From the IMG/VR virus record IMGVR_UViG_3300008262_000055: a stretch of DNA of 64,000 bases. One strand, given 5' to 3'. Under the pieces are notes generated by a model, which saw nothing but the letters and a program-made list of their open reading frames with translations, had not been told where the DNA came from and searched no databases. The stretch is from a virus. Lineage: Duplodnaviria; Caudoviricetes. The stretch's first letter is position 1. Each line of letters opens with the position of its first letter. Below are positions 8,940-16,560 of this stretch, piece by piece. A program made the translations under genes and the position numbers.

Positions 8940-9561
8940 TCAATCCTTCAATCTTTTCAAATAGGTCTGATATACCATCGTTGTTATCTAATACAGCATC
9001 AAACTTTGTCCCTACCCAGGCTGTTTCCGAAGCATGTATTTTAAATTGATTTAATCTATCTTTGCTTAAAGCCCAATGTACATGTTTTGGTCCGTGATTG
9101 ACAGCTACAGCATCGTTATACCATTCGGGTTCCGGTCCGCGGACTACTCTTACTACTATTCCGCCAGCCTTTCGAATGCTTTGTATTTCATTAGGAAATC
9201 TACAATCTGAAATTACTACGTTGTCTTTGGAATTTCTAAGTTTATTTTCTAGACTAGCAATCCATATGTCATCATGGAAACTTTTGCGGCAAACTTCTGT
9301 GCCCCAGTATTGTAATACCCATCTAGGAGTTAACGTAGGCATCGATAGACGTTCTGCCCACCATGGATCTACTTGTTCTCGCCATTCTCGGGCTTCTTTA
9401 GTACGGCCTTCAAGCATGGTTCTGTCCCAGCCGAATACTGATGCCACAGCATCTTTTAATGTGTTGGCAAACGATTCGCGTCTAAATTCGTGAAAGTTTA
9501 CAAGATAATCAGCAATGGTGTCTTTGCCTGATCCAATAAAACCGCATACTCCAATAATCAT
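8902..9561 (-). CDS. Deoxynucleoside monophosphate kinase (T4 gp1-like; start revised to 9561)
   Basis: IIGVCGFIGSGKDT P-loop, FANTLKD, TPRWVLQYWGTEVCR, VISDCRFPNE, HASE; GGAGA RBS. Confidence 0.92.
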   Translation of the reverse strand: MIIGVCGFIGSGKDTIADYLVNFHEFRRESFANTLKDAVASVFGWDRTMLEGRTKEAREWREQVDPWWAERLSMPTLTPRWVLQYWGTEVCRKSFHDDIWIASLENKLRNSKDNVVISDCRFPNEIQSIRKAGGIVVRVVRGPEPEWYNDAVAVNHGPKHVHWALSKDRLNQFKIHASETAWVGTKFDAVLDNNDGISDLFEKIEGLIKNQQQDHLVSI

Positions 9562-9583
9562 AGTATCTCCTAACAATACTAAT

Positions 9584-9612
9584 ATTGTAGCAGTTTTTTA
9601 TTTTACGGTCAA
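9584..9612 (-). promoter_or_regulatory. sigma70-type promoter for dNMP kinase
   Basis: TTGACC (9612-9607) - 17 nt - TACAAT (9589-9584), with TG extended -10. Confidence 0.75.
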
Positions 9613-10373
9613 CCGACTACGAAAGTGTATCCAGCATTAGCATGACCAGGAACAAAGTTAACCAATTCCGCTGTTAGTCGTTCAATATCAGCTGTTGCTT
9701 CTTGTTTAAGTGTAGCACCATTTAATGATGTGCCGCCCTGTGGGCCAGCAATTTGAGCAAATTTCTCGCGGGCTTGGCCAAGCATCATTTTACAGTTAGC
9801 TAATGTGTAGTCTTTGATCCATTGACCGGCATAGGTATCAACTAGGATAGCCACGTCTGGGCGTGTGTTGTAGCACCAGAGCATAATTTCTTCGTCAGTT
9901 CTAGGACGTTGATGTATAGTTAGCTTGTGAGATTGAGCGTGCCATGTAAATTGTATAAAACTGCCAAACATCTTGCCCACACGTTCTTGATATCCAGCAA
10001 ACAATTCATATGTTAATAACCCGCCCATATTAGTTGAACTTAACAAATAGGTATTTGTATAGGCTAAGTTGAACGGTTCAAACACTGTTCCACCGCCACC
10101 GCCACCAGATCTAGATCCAATGCTTCGTCGATAAATTTCCCGTACTACTTGGATTTCGTTTGGTAAGGTATAAACGTTTTGATCTTCGGATAGGGTTAAA
10201 AACGCAAAACTTTCTTCTACAGAATTATCCCCTCGTTGCCGAAACACTGCTAAACTACGCTGAATTGCTGTTTCGTAGTGCTGCGGGTCTAGTTCTACGT
10301 CGACCATGCCGTCGCCCAGCATTAAGCGACAATAGTCGAATACTTTTTGTTTTTCTTGATCTAGTTGGCTCAT
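9609..10373 (-). CDS. gp13: Neck / head-tail adaptor protein
   Basis: MLGDGMVDVELDPQHY, WIKDYTLA, LGQAREKF, GPQGGTSLNG motifs of gp13-like proteins. Confidence 0.85.
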   Translation of the reverse strand: MSQLDQEKQKVFDYCRLMLGDGMVDVELDPQHYETAIQRSLAVFRQRGDNSVEESFAFLTLSEDQNVYTLPNEIQVVREIYRRSIGSRSGGGGGGTVFEPFNLAYTNTYLLSSTNMGGLLTYELFAGYQERVGKMFGSFIQFTWHAQSHKLTIHQRPRTDEEIMLWCYNTRPDVAILVDTYAGQWIKDYTLANCKMMLGQAREKFAQIAGPQGGTSLNGATLKQEATADIERLTAELVNFVPGHANAGYTFVVG

Positions 10374-10378
10374 GCTAG

Positions 10379-10399
10379 TATTTATTACAGCGGTAAATA
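10379..10399. promoter_or_regulatory. Back-to-back divergent TAAATA late promoters (minus 10379-10384; plus 10394-10399)
   Basis: CATGCTAG-TATTTA-TTACAGCGG-TAAATA-TATGACTATG between gp13 and gp14. Confidence 0.75.
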
Positions 10400-10406
10400 T
10401 ATGACT

Positions 10407-11621
10407 ATGCCAAGACTCAGTTTATACAAGCCCGAAAAAGGCAATGATTACAAATTTATAGACAAAAATATCTGGGAAATGTTCCAAGTTGGTGGTACAG
10501 ATGTTTTAGTTCACAAATATATAGGACCTGGTGATCCGTTGCCCGGTGCTAGCACACCTACAACACCGGTTTATACTGGTGGTATTCCTGAGTTACAAAT
10601 ACAAGATTTGTTGTTTCTAGAAAACAGAGACAGAAAATACGACCCCGATGTATACATTTTGAGAGGTGTATACAACATAAGCGATCTAGATTTTAATCTA
10701 TCACAGTTTGGTTTATTTTTACAGAACGACACAGTTTTTATCACTTTCCATATTAATGATACTGTAGAAAAAATAGGTAGAAAATTACTAGCTGGGGACG
10801 TTATTGAGCTACCGCATTTGAAAGATTACAATGCCTTGAACGATTTAAAATTTGCTCTAAAAAGATTTTATGTTATAGAAGAAGTTAGTCGAGCTGCAGA
10901 GGGATTTTCTGCCACATGGTATCCACACTTGTATAGAGCAAAATGTACTCCATTAGTAGACAGTCAAGAATTCAAACAGATTCTAGATGGGTTAGCCGAC
11001 GATACTGGAGAGGATACTAATACTACCTTGCGTGATATAATGAGCACCTATGAAACAGAGATGCGTATCACCGAAGCAGTATTAGATCAAGCCGAATCAG
11101 ATGCTCCCAAGAGTGGCTATGATACCACAATGTATTACACCGTACCATTAGATGAGCAAGGAAATGTAAAACTAGTCACCACAGACGACGGTGATATTGA
11201 AGCCAGCAACGAAAGTGCTGCGGTAGATGCCAGTGTCATTATAGCAACACCAACCAAAGATGGATATCAAAGTTATCACGAAGATGGAGCAACTCCCAAC
11301 GGTGCTCCTTTTACCAGCGGTATTACGTTCCCCGGCACCCCAGTAGAAGGGCAGTTCTGTCTTAGAACAGATTATTTCCCTAAGAGATTGTTTAGATTCA
11401 ATGGCAAGCGTTGGGTCAAATACGAAGACAACGTAAGAATGACCATGAGTAATCTTGGAACTTCTGACACCGAATCTGGAGAAAGATTTGAAGGTAGGGA
11501 CACAAGACAAAACCAAAAAGGCACATTTATCAATAACACAAATGAAAGAATGATAGATGGCAAACTGGTTAAAGAAAAACAGAGCTTGAGCAAAGCATTA
11601 AGACCTAAGGCGGATGAATAA
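10407..11621 (+). CDS. gp14: Neck / head-closure protein (start 10401 or 10407)
   Basis: MPRLSLYKPEKGNDY, IQDLLFLENRDRKYD, LSQFGLFL, GRKLLAGDVIELP. Confidence 0.8.
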   Translation: MPRLSLYKPEKGNDYKFIDKNIWEMFQVGGTDVLVHKYIGPGDPLPGASTPTTPVYTGGIPELQIQDLLFLENRDRKYDPDVYILRGVYNISDLDFNLSQFGLFLQNDTVFITFHINDTVEKIGRKLLAGDVIELPHLKDYNALNDLKFALKRFYVIEEVSRAAEGFSATWYPHLYRAKCTPLVDSQEFKQILDGLADDTGEDTNTTLRDIMSTYETEMRITEAVLDQAESDAPKSGYDTTMYYTVPLDEQGNVKLVTTDDGDIEASNESAAVDASVIIATPTKDGYQSYHEDGATPNGAPFTSGITFPGTPVEGQFCLRTDYFPKRLFRFNGKRWVKYEDNVRMTMSNLGTSDTESGERFEGRDTRQNQKGTFINNTNERMIDGKLVKEKQSLSKALRPKADE

Positions 11622-13051
11622 TGGATTTTTTCTATGACGGACAGATAAGAAGATACGTAACTCAGTTTATGCGTATCTTTATTGGGTTTAAGTATCAAGC
11701 GGGCGATGGATCTTTAAAACAAGTTCCAGTAGCCTATGGCGATCTTACTAAACAGGTAGCACAGATTATTAGAGAAAATTCTGAAAACAAAATGCCTAGC
11801 GTTCCTAAGATTGCCTGTTATATTACTGGAATAGAACTAGATAGAAATAGATTAGCTGACGCAAGTTATGTTAGTAAAGTTAGTATCCGTGGTAGATCTT
11901 TTGAATCGTTTGATGACGAAACAGGTCAACCTATATATGATAATACACAAGGTGGCGGGTATACCATTGAAAGATTAATGCCTACACCATTTAAACTAAG
12001 CATGAGAGCAGACATTTGGAGTTCTAACACCGATCAAAAACTACAGTTGTTAGAACAAATATTAGTGTTATTCAATCCTAGCTTAGAAGTACAAACCACA
12101 GACAATTACATTGATTGGACTAGTCTTAGTGTTGTTGAATTAACCGCATCTAATTTTACTTCTCGAGCTATTCCCCAAGGAACCGAAGTTGATATAGATA
12201 TATGTTCATTAGATTTTGAAATGCCTATCTATATAAGTCCGCCAGTTAAAGTTAAAAAACTTGGTGTCGTACAGAATATTATTATGAATATGTTTGACGA
12301 TGATGGACAGTTAAAACCATTAGCCGAGCTAGCATTTAATAGTCCAGTTGATTCTAAAGATATTAAATCAACATCAATTATTACCACTCCTGGAAACTTT
12401 GGTGTATTATTACTTTCATCAAAGACTGTTACAGGTTTTGAAACAGGATCATATTACGTTAGTGCTTTAGATGTTAATGAAGCTGTTGTTGAAAGTGGGT
12501 TAGACATACCTAAAAAGGCTGCTGCTGTGATTGACTGGAATAAAATTATTCCCCAGTATGGAAAATATCGTCCTGGTATAAGTCGAATTAGATTCTTACA
12601 ACCTAGCGGCTATGAGTTGGTGGGTACATTTAGTATCAATGAAGTGGATTCACAATTTTTAGTAGTAGATTTTGATTCTGATTCTGAACCCCAAACTGAC
12701 TTAATCATTAACGCTATTATAAATCCGCAGACATATGACCCCAGAACAAGTTTACTGCTGGGAACAAAATATCTAATATTAGAAGATATTGGATCAGAGG
12801 GCAATGTTGACGGTGCTGACGCATGGAAAAATTCTGATGATTCGGACTTTGTGGCGGTCGCAAATTCTATAATTGAATGGGACGGTGATAGTTGGGCAGT
12901 AATTTTTGATCCTTTGATTGAGCACACTGAACCTTACTACATTAAAAATCTTAAAACTGGTATCCAGTACAAATGGGAAGATGGTCAATGGCTTAAATCA
13001 TTTGAGGGCGAATATACAGCCGGATACTGGAGTTTTGACTTAGAAGGATGA
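11621..13051 (+). CDS. gp15: Tail sheath stabiliser / tail terminator with C-terminal extension
   Basis: FFYDGQIRRY..QF..IF, VPVAYG, MPTPF, QKLQLLEQILVLFNP; C-terminal KYLILE...GADAW...IIEWDGDSW module. Confidence 0.82.
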   Translation: MDFFYDGQIRRYVTQFMRIFIGFKYQAGDGSLKQVPVAYGDLTKQVAQIIRENSENKMPSVPKIACYITGIELDRNRLADASYVSKVSIRGRSFESFDDETGQPIYDNTQGGGYTIERLMPTPFKLSMRADIWSSNTDQKLQLLEQILVLFNPSLEVQTTDNYIDWTSLSVVELTASNFTSRAIPQGTEVDIDICSLDFEMPIYISPPVKVKKLGVVQNIIMNMFDDDGQLKPLAELAFNSPVDSKDIKSTSIITTPGNFGVLLLSSKTVTGFETGSYYVSALDVNEAVVESGLDIPKKAAAVIDWNKIIPQYGKYRPGISRIRFLQPSGYELVGTFSINEVDSQFLVVDFDSDSEPQTDLIINAIINPQTYDPRTSLLLGTKYLILEDIGSEGNVDGADAWKNSDDSDFVAVANSIIEWDGDSWAVIFDPLIEHTEPYYIKNLKTGIQYKWEDGQWLKSFEGEYTAGYWSFDLEG

Positions 13052-13449
13052 TATATAAAGGCATGCAGAAACATGCCGGTATACTTTTCATATCTAAAAA
13101 AACTTCTAGAGTACTAATGATTCTAGAAGATCTCAAATGGACTGTTCCAAGTTTTCCTAGAGATAAATCTGTTGTTGAAGATGCTCAATCTATTATCCAA
13201 GAATATTATGGGCAAGAAGCTAGATTAGTGCCGGTTGAATTATATCTAAGTCAAGATAGCGGTTTTGAATTTTCCACTTATATTTGTTTAGTTGAACAAG
13301 AATTTGTCCCATCAAACAATCAAACTTTTTGTTGGACTATGATCGATGTGCTACCAAAAGGTGTACATACTGGATTAAAAAATACCCTCACAAATAAAAT
13401 TATCAAAACTAAAATTGATACTATATTACTAATGGGGACTTCGTTATGA
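13048..13449 (+). CDS. Degenerate Nudix-fold protein
   Basis: HAGILF...RVLMI...W...FEFSTYICLVEQEFVP...W...LP.GVH resembles a Nudix scaffold, but the GX5EX7REUXEEXGU box is absent; ATGA-coupled to gp15. Confidence 0.5.
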   Translation: MIYKGMQKHAGILFISKKTSRVLMILEDLKWTVPSFPRDKSVVEDAQSIIQEYYGQEARLVPVELYLSQDSGFEFSTYICLVEQEFVPSNNQTFCWTMIDVLPKGVHTGLKNTLTNKIIKTKIDTILLMGTSL

Positions 13450-13712
13450 AATTATCTATTACTAAAAATAAAAATTTTATATCAGACTGTAAACGTTACG
13501 AAACTTTTATAAAAGAAACTAAAAGTTTAGAATTAGAAAAACTGTATAAAAGATTTTTATCTCAAGCTAAAAATATCGATGCTATCTCAGAATCTTTTGA
13601 ATTAATATCTAATGGTACTAGATTGAGTGAGGAACGAGCTCGATTAAAAAACATTAGAATAGAATTAGAAAAGAAAATTATATTGTTGAAAGAAAAGACT
13701 CGACAGACATAA
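13446..13712 (+). CDS. Hypothetical Lys/Glu-rich helical protein
   Basis: 88-aa ORF, ATGA-coupled; overlaps the hldD 3' end convergently. Confidence 0.65.
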   Translation: MKLSITKNKNFISDCKRYETFIKETKSLELEKLYKRFLSQAKNIDAISESFELISNGTRLSEERARLKNIRIELEKKIILLKEKTRQT

Positions 13713-14568
13713 ATTTATAGTCTCCTATTTTTTCAATTAATTTTGTGTTATCAGAGCAGGTATATCTCTGATATTGATTTATTAAATCTGTAGGAAATTC
13801 AATTTCTTCAATCGCAGCTGAATATTTTTTTGATATTAAATCAGCTACTTCACGGAAAGACACAGCAGTTCCTGTTCCTAAATTAAAGATTCCATTAAAA
13901 TTTTTATTTGAAGCTGTTAATTTTATGTTTACTATATCGTCAACACAGATAAAGTCTCTTTGAAAATTTTCACTGTTTTTAAAAATTTGTATCTTTCCCG
14001 TGTCTAAGGCCTGTTGACTAAATTTAGTAATAGGGCTTGCTTGATCTTTCTTGTGAATTTCATTTTTTCCATAGACATTAAAATATCTCCAACCTTGTAT
14101 GTTAGCATTGGGATAATCTAATAACGTAGAATACACATATTGATCAACTAACATCTTACTAGTAGCATACAATGACCTAGGGTTAAGAGGCTGTGATTCT
14201 ACAAATGTGTTGCTATCACCGTAGACTGATGCCGAACTAGCGTATGATAAAACAAAATTATTTCTTACAGCTTGGTCAACAAGCCAATAACTAGGCTGTA
14301 GATTGTATTGATCAATTTTATTTTGATCTCGTTCAGTAGTTGATGATATCGCACCTTCGTGAAATACAACATCAACTTTTAACCAATGATTCCAAATGCC
14401 ATAAAAATCCTGTGGAGATATAATTTCTGAAAATTTTAAATCCCTAAGATTGTTTTCTTTGTCTTTGTTTATATCATCAACAATTAAAATATCACTAATG
14501 GACCGACCATTTAGGCCTTTAACTATATTAGAACCTATTAATCCAGCACCGCCTGTGACTATAATCAT
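13678..14568 (-). CDS. hldD: ADP-L-glycero-D-manno-heptose 6-epimerase (start revised to 14568)
   Basis: IIVTGGAGLIG, HEGAISSTTE, YASSASVYG, YATSK, RYFNVYG..E.HK, RDFICVDD, GIFNLGTG: HldD/RfaD-specific SDR motifs. Confidence 0.9.
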   Translation of the reverse strand: MIIVTGGAGLIGSNIVKGLNGRSISDILIVDDINKDKENNLRDLKFSEIISPQDFYGIWNHWLKVDVVFHEGAISSTTERDQNKIDQYNLQPSYWLVDQAVRNNFVLSYASSASVYGDSNTFVESQPLNPRSLYATSKMLVDQYVYSTLLDYPNANIQGWRYFNVYGKNEIHKKDQASPITKFSQQALDTGKIQIFKNSENFQRDFICVDDIVNIKLTASNKNFNGIFNLGTGTAVSFREVADLISKKYSAAIEEIEFPTDLINQYQRYTCSDNTKLIEKIGDYKFMSVESFLSTI

Positions 14569-15053
14569 ACTAATGTAGTCTCCAACCATTGTTTACATTC
14601 TAACCAACTACAATAAATGTGCGACCTTCCGCCAGCACGGTCCCAGTCCTCGCAGTTAGATTTGCGATCGTCTATTAAGATATCGCCTGGCGAACAACGG
14701 ACCCATTTATCAAAACTATACGGCCCAAGAAATACAGGTATATCTGGAAAATGTTTGTGTGCCCAGAATACTTTATCTTGTGGTGCCCACGGCATATCGT
14801 TGCCTTTAGGGATAGCACTTAAGAAATATAATCCTGCGTTGTTATTATGTCTATAATTTCTACACCACTCAACTAACTCGTATGCTCCTTCTTTCACTGG
14901 CAACTTACTATACATACGCTGATCATTTTTTAATTTTTGCCAAGTCGTGTCTGGTAGTATATCGCCGTCTTTGAATAACGGTTCATTGAGATATTCTCTA
15001 GCGTAGCCAAACCAATCTGCTACTACATCGTCCATGTCTAGATAGATATTCAT
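14565..15053 (-). CDS. HAD-superfamily phosphatase (NT5C / 5'(3')-nucleotidase-like)
   Basis: IYLDMDDVVAD (motif I), FLSA (II), DKVFW (III), ILIDDRKSN (IV). Confidence 0.8.
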   Translation of the reverse strand: MNIYLDMDDVVADWFGYAREYLNEPLFKDGDILPDTTWQKLKNDQRMYSKLPVKEGAYELVEWCRNYRHNNNAGLYFLSAIPKGNDMPWAPQDKVFWAHKHFPDIPVFLGPYSFDKWVRCSPGDILIDDRKSNCEDWDRAGGRSHIYCSWLECKQWLETTLV

Positions 15054-15430
15054 TACTCTGCTTTCTTTTGACTATCACCAGGAGCAAGTCTGTAATTGTC
15101 TTCTACAGAATCAGCGGTACTGACTTCAAATACCATAGCACCGTCTGTCATTGCTTCTAGCTGATGAGGTTGTAACGGAGGATTATGCCACGTGTCTCCT
15201 TCGTTTAATTCTTGCTCATATATCTTGGCATCTTTAGTATCAATCCAACGCAATTTAAATTTGCCTGAATTTACAAACCAAGTTTCATCTTTTTTATTAT
15301 GAAAGTGCATAGAAAATTTATTTCCTGCTTTTTCAAACACTAATATTTTTCCGCAATAGTAATCGTTGGTGGCCCATATAATTTCAAAACCCCAACCCTT
15401 GTTTACTTTTCCAGTTAATCTTTCTGTCAT
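15053..15430 (-). CDS. Cupin, sugar (phosphate) isomerase-like
   Basis: KGWG.E..W, SMHFHNKKDETW (cupin motif 1), NPPLQPHQL (motif 2), FEVST; mannose-6-P isomerase / lyxose isomerase-like. Confidence 0.8.
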   Translation of the reverse strand: MTERLTGKVNKGWGFEIIWATNDYYCGKILVFEKAGNKFSMHFHNKKDETWFVNSGKFKLRWIDTKDAKIYEQELNEGDTWHNPPLQPHQLEAMTDGAMVFEVSTADSVEDNYRLAPGDSQKKAE

Positions 15431-16176
15431 TTTATTTCCTCTAATGTAGGTGCGTAATTTCCCAAATGTTGAACAGTAATACTAGCGGCCTTAACGGCAA
15501 ACTTTATAGCGTCATTGATATTTTTTGTATCACACCATTTGTATGCTAGGGCAGCTAAAAAAGTATCTCCAGCACCGCACACATCACTGACTTCTACAGC
15601 CGGTGCTGGATGATTAATATCATGATGTATAGCTGTTGCTCCTTTATCCCCCAGTGTTACTATTAATCCAGTACACTCGCTTTTAACTTTGCTGTATTCG
15701 GATTCGTTGATCTTTACCCAGGCTCCTTGTAATCGTTCTAAGTCTGTTTTCTTTGTATCTACAAATACAGGAATTTTAGTTTCAATTAGTTCCTCTATTA
15801 GCTTATAACTTACTGTTCCCTTGTTGTAATCGCTAACAACAATAGCATCGTATACAGGAGGAATGGCTGTCTCAAACTCTAAAGGCGTTGATACAACATC
15901 GTCGTCTATTCTTATTATGTGTTGTTTACTACGGAGGTCAATTAATCTAGTTTTTGTACCAGTTTCTCCGTGAAGGTAATTAATTTTACACCCTAGTGCT
16001 TCTAAATTACGTGCCACATTTCCTGCCATTCCTGGTTTAGTTTCTTCGTGACTAAACTTAAACACTGGCACAGGAGCTTCGGGACTAATTCTGTCCACAG
16101 ATCCGTATCTATATACGTCTAGACAGTTATCGCCTATCAGCAATATCTTGAATGATTTTAGTTGTTGAGTGTCCAT
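15427..16176 (-). CDS. hldA: PfkB-family heptose-7-phosphate kinase (HldA / RfaE domain I)
   Basis: IGDNCLDVY.YG...RISPEAPVPV, GMAGNVARNL, VSDYNKG, DVCGAGDTF. Confidence 0.88.
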   Translation of the reverse strand: MDTQQLKSFKILLIGDNCLDVYRYGSVDRISPEAPVPVFKFSHEETKPGMAGNVARNLEALGCKINYLHGETGTKTRLIDLRSKQHIIRIDDDVVSTPLEFETAIPPVYDAIVVSDYNKGTVSYKLIEELIETKIPVFVDTKKTDLERLQGAWVKINESEYSKVKSECTGLIVTLGDKGATAIHHDINHPAPAVEVSDVCGAGDTFLAALAYKWCDTKNINDAIKFAVKAASITVQHLGNYAPTLEEIK

Positions 16177-16522
16177 CTATTCTATCAAAAAATATAATTT
16201 CGTCGCAAACTTCTTGGCCTACAATAGGTTTGCCCATGTAATCGCTGCCCTTAACCATAGTGTCGCAGGCCGCAACAAGATTTATGAGTTCCAAATCAGT
16301 GTCGAATATCACAACTTCGTCAACTGCTTTTAGATTTTTGAGCATGTATGCTCGATATCGTTGATTGTTGATTGGTCGAGAAGACCCTTTTAGGCGGCGG
16401 ACACGATCGTCTGAATCAATGCCAACCATAAGATGATCTCCTAAACTTTTAGCATAGTTTAGAAGATCTATATGTCCCGGATGTAATATATCAAAAGAAC
16501 CGTTAACAAAAATCAGACTCAT
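16127..16522 (-). CDS. hldC: Heptose-1-phosphate nucleotidyltransferase (HldC / RfaE domain II; start revised to ATG 16522)
   Basis: NGSFDILHPGH (HIGH-type), VGIDSD..VRRLKG..RPIN, VDEVVIFD, GHSTT. Confidence 0.82.
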   Translation of the reverse strand: MSLIFVNGSFDILHPGHIDLLNYAKSLGDHLMVGIDSDDRVRRLKGSSRPINNQRYRAYMLKNLKAVDEVVIFDTDLELINLVAACDTMVKGSDYMGKPIVGQEVCDEIIFFDRIDGHSTTKIIQDIADRR

Positions 16523-16556
16523 GCTGTAATTATACAGCAAAGAGTCTCTTTGTCAA
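16523..16556 (-). promoter_or_regulatory. Consensus sigma70 promoter overlapped by two palindromes; probably leaderless transcript
   Basis: TTGACA (16556-16551) - 16 nt - TATAAT (16534-16529) - 6 nt - ATG; palindromes at 16538-16552 and 16523-16538. Confidence 0.8.
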
Positions 16557-16560
16557 CCTT

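Noticed and set aside
16127-16522. TagD-type glycerol-3-phosphate cytidylyltransferase call
   Set aside because: The LKG..RPIN and G.STT motifs plus neighbouring hldA/hldD favour RfaE domain II.
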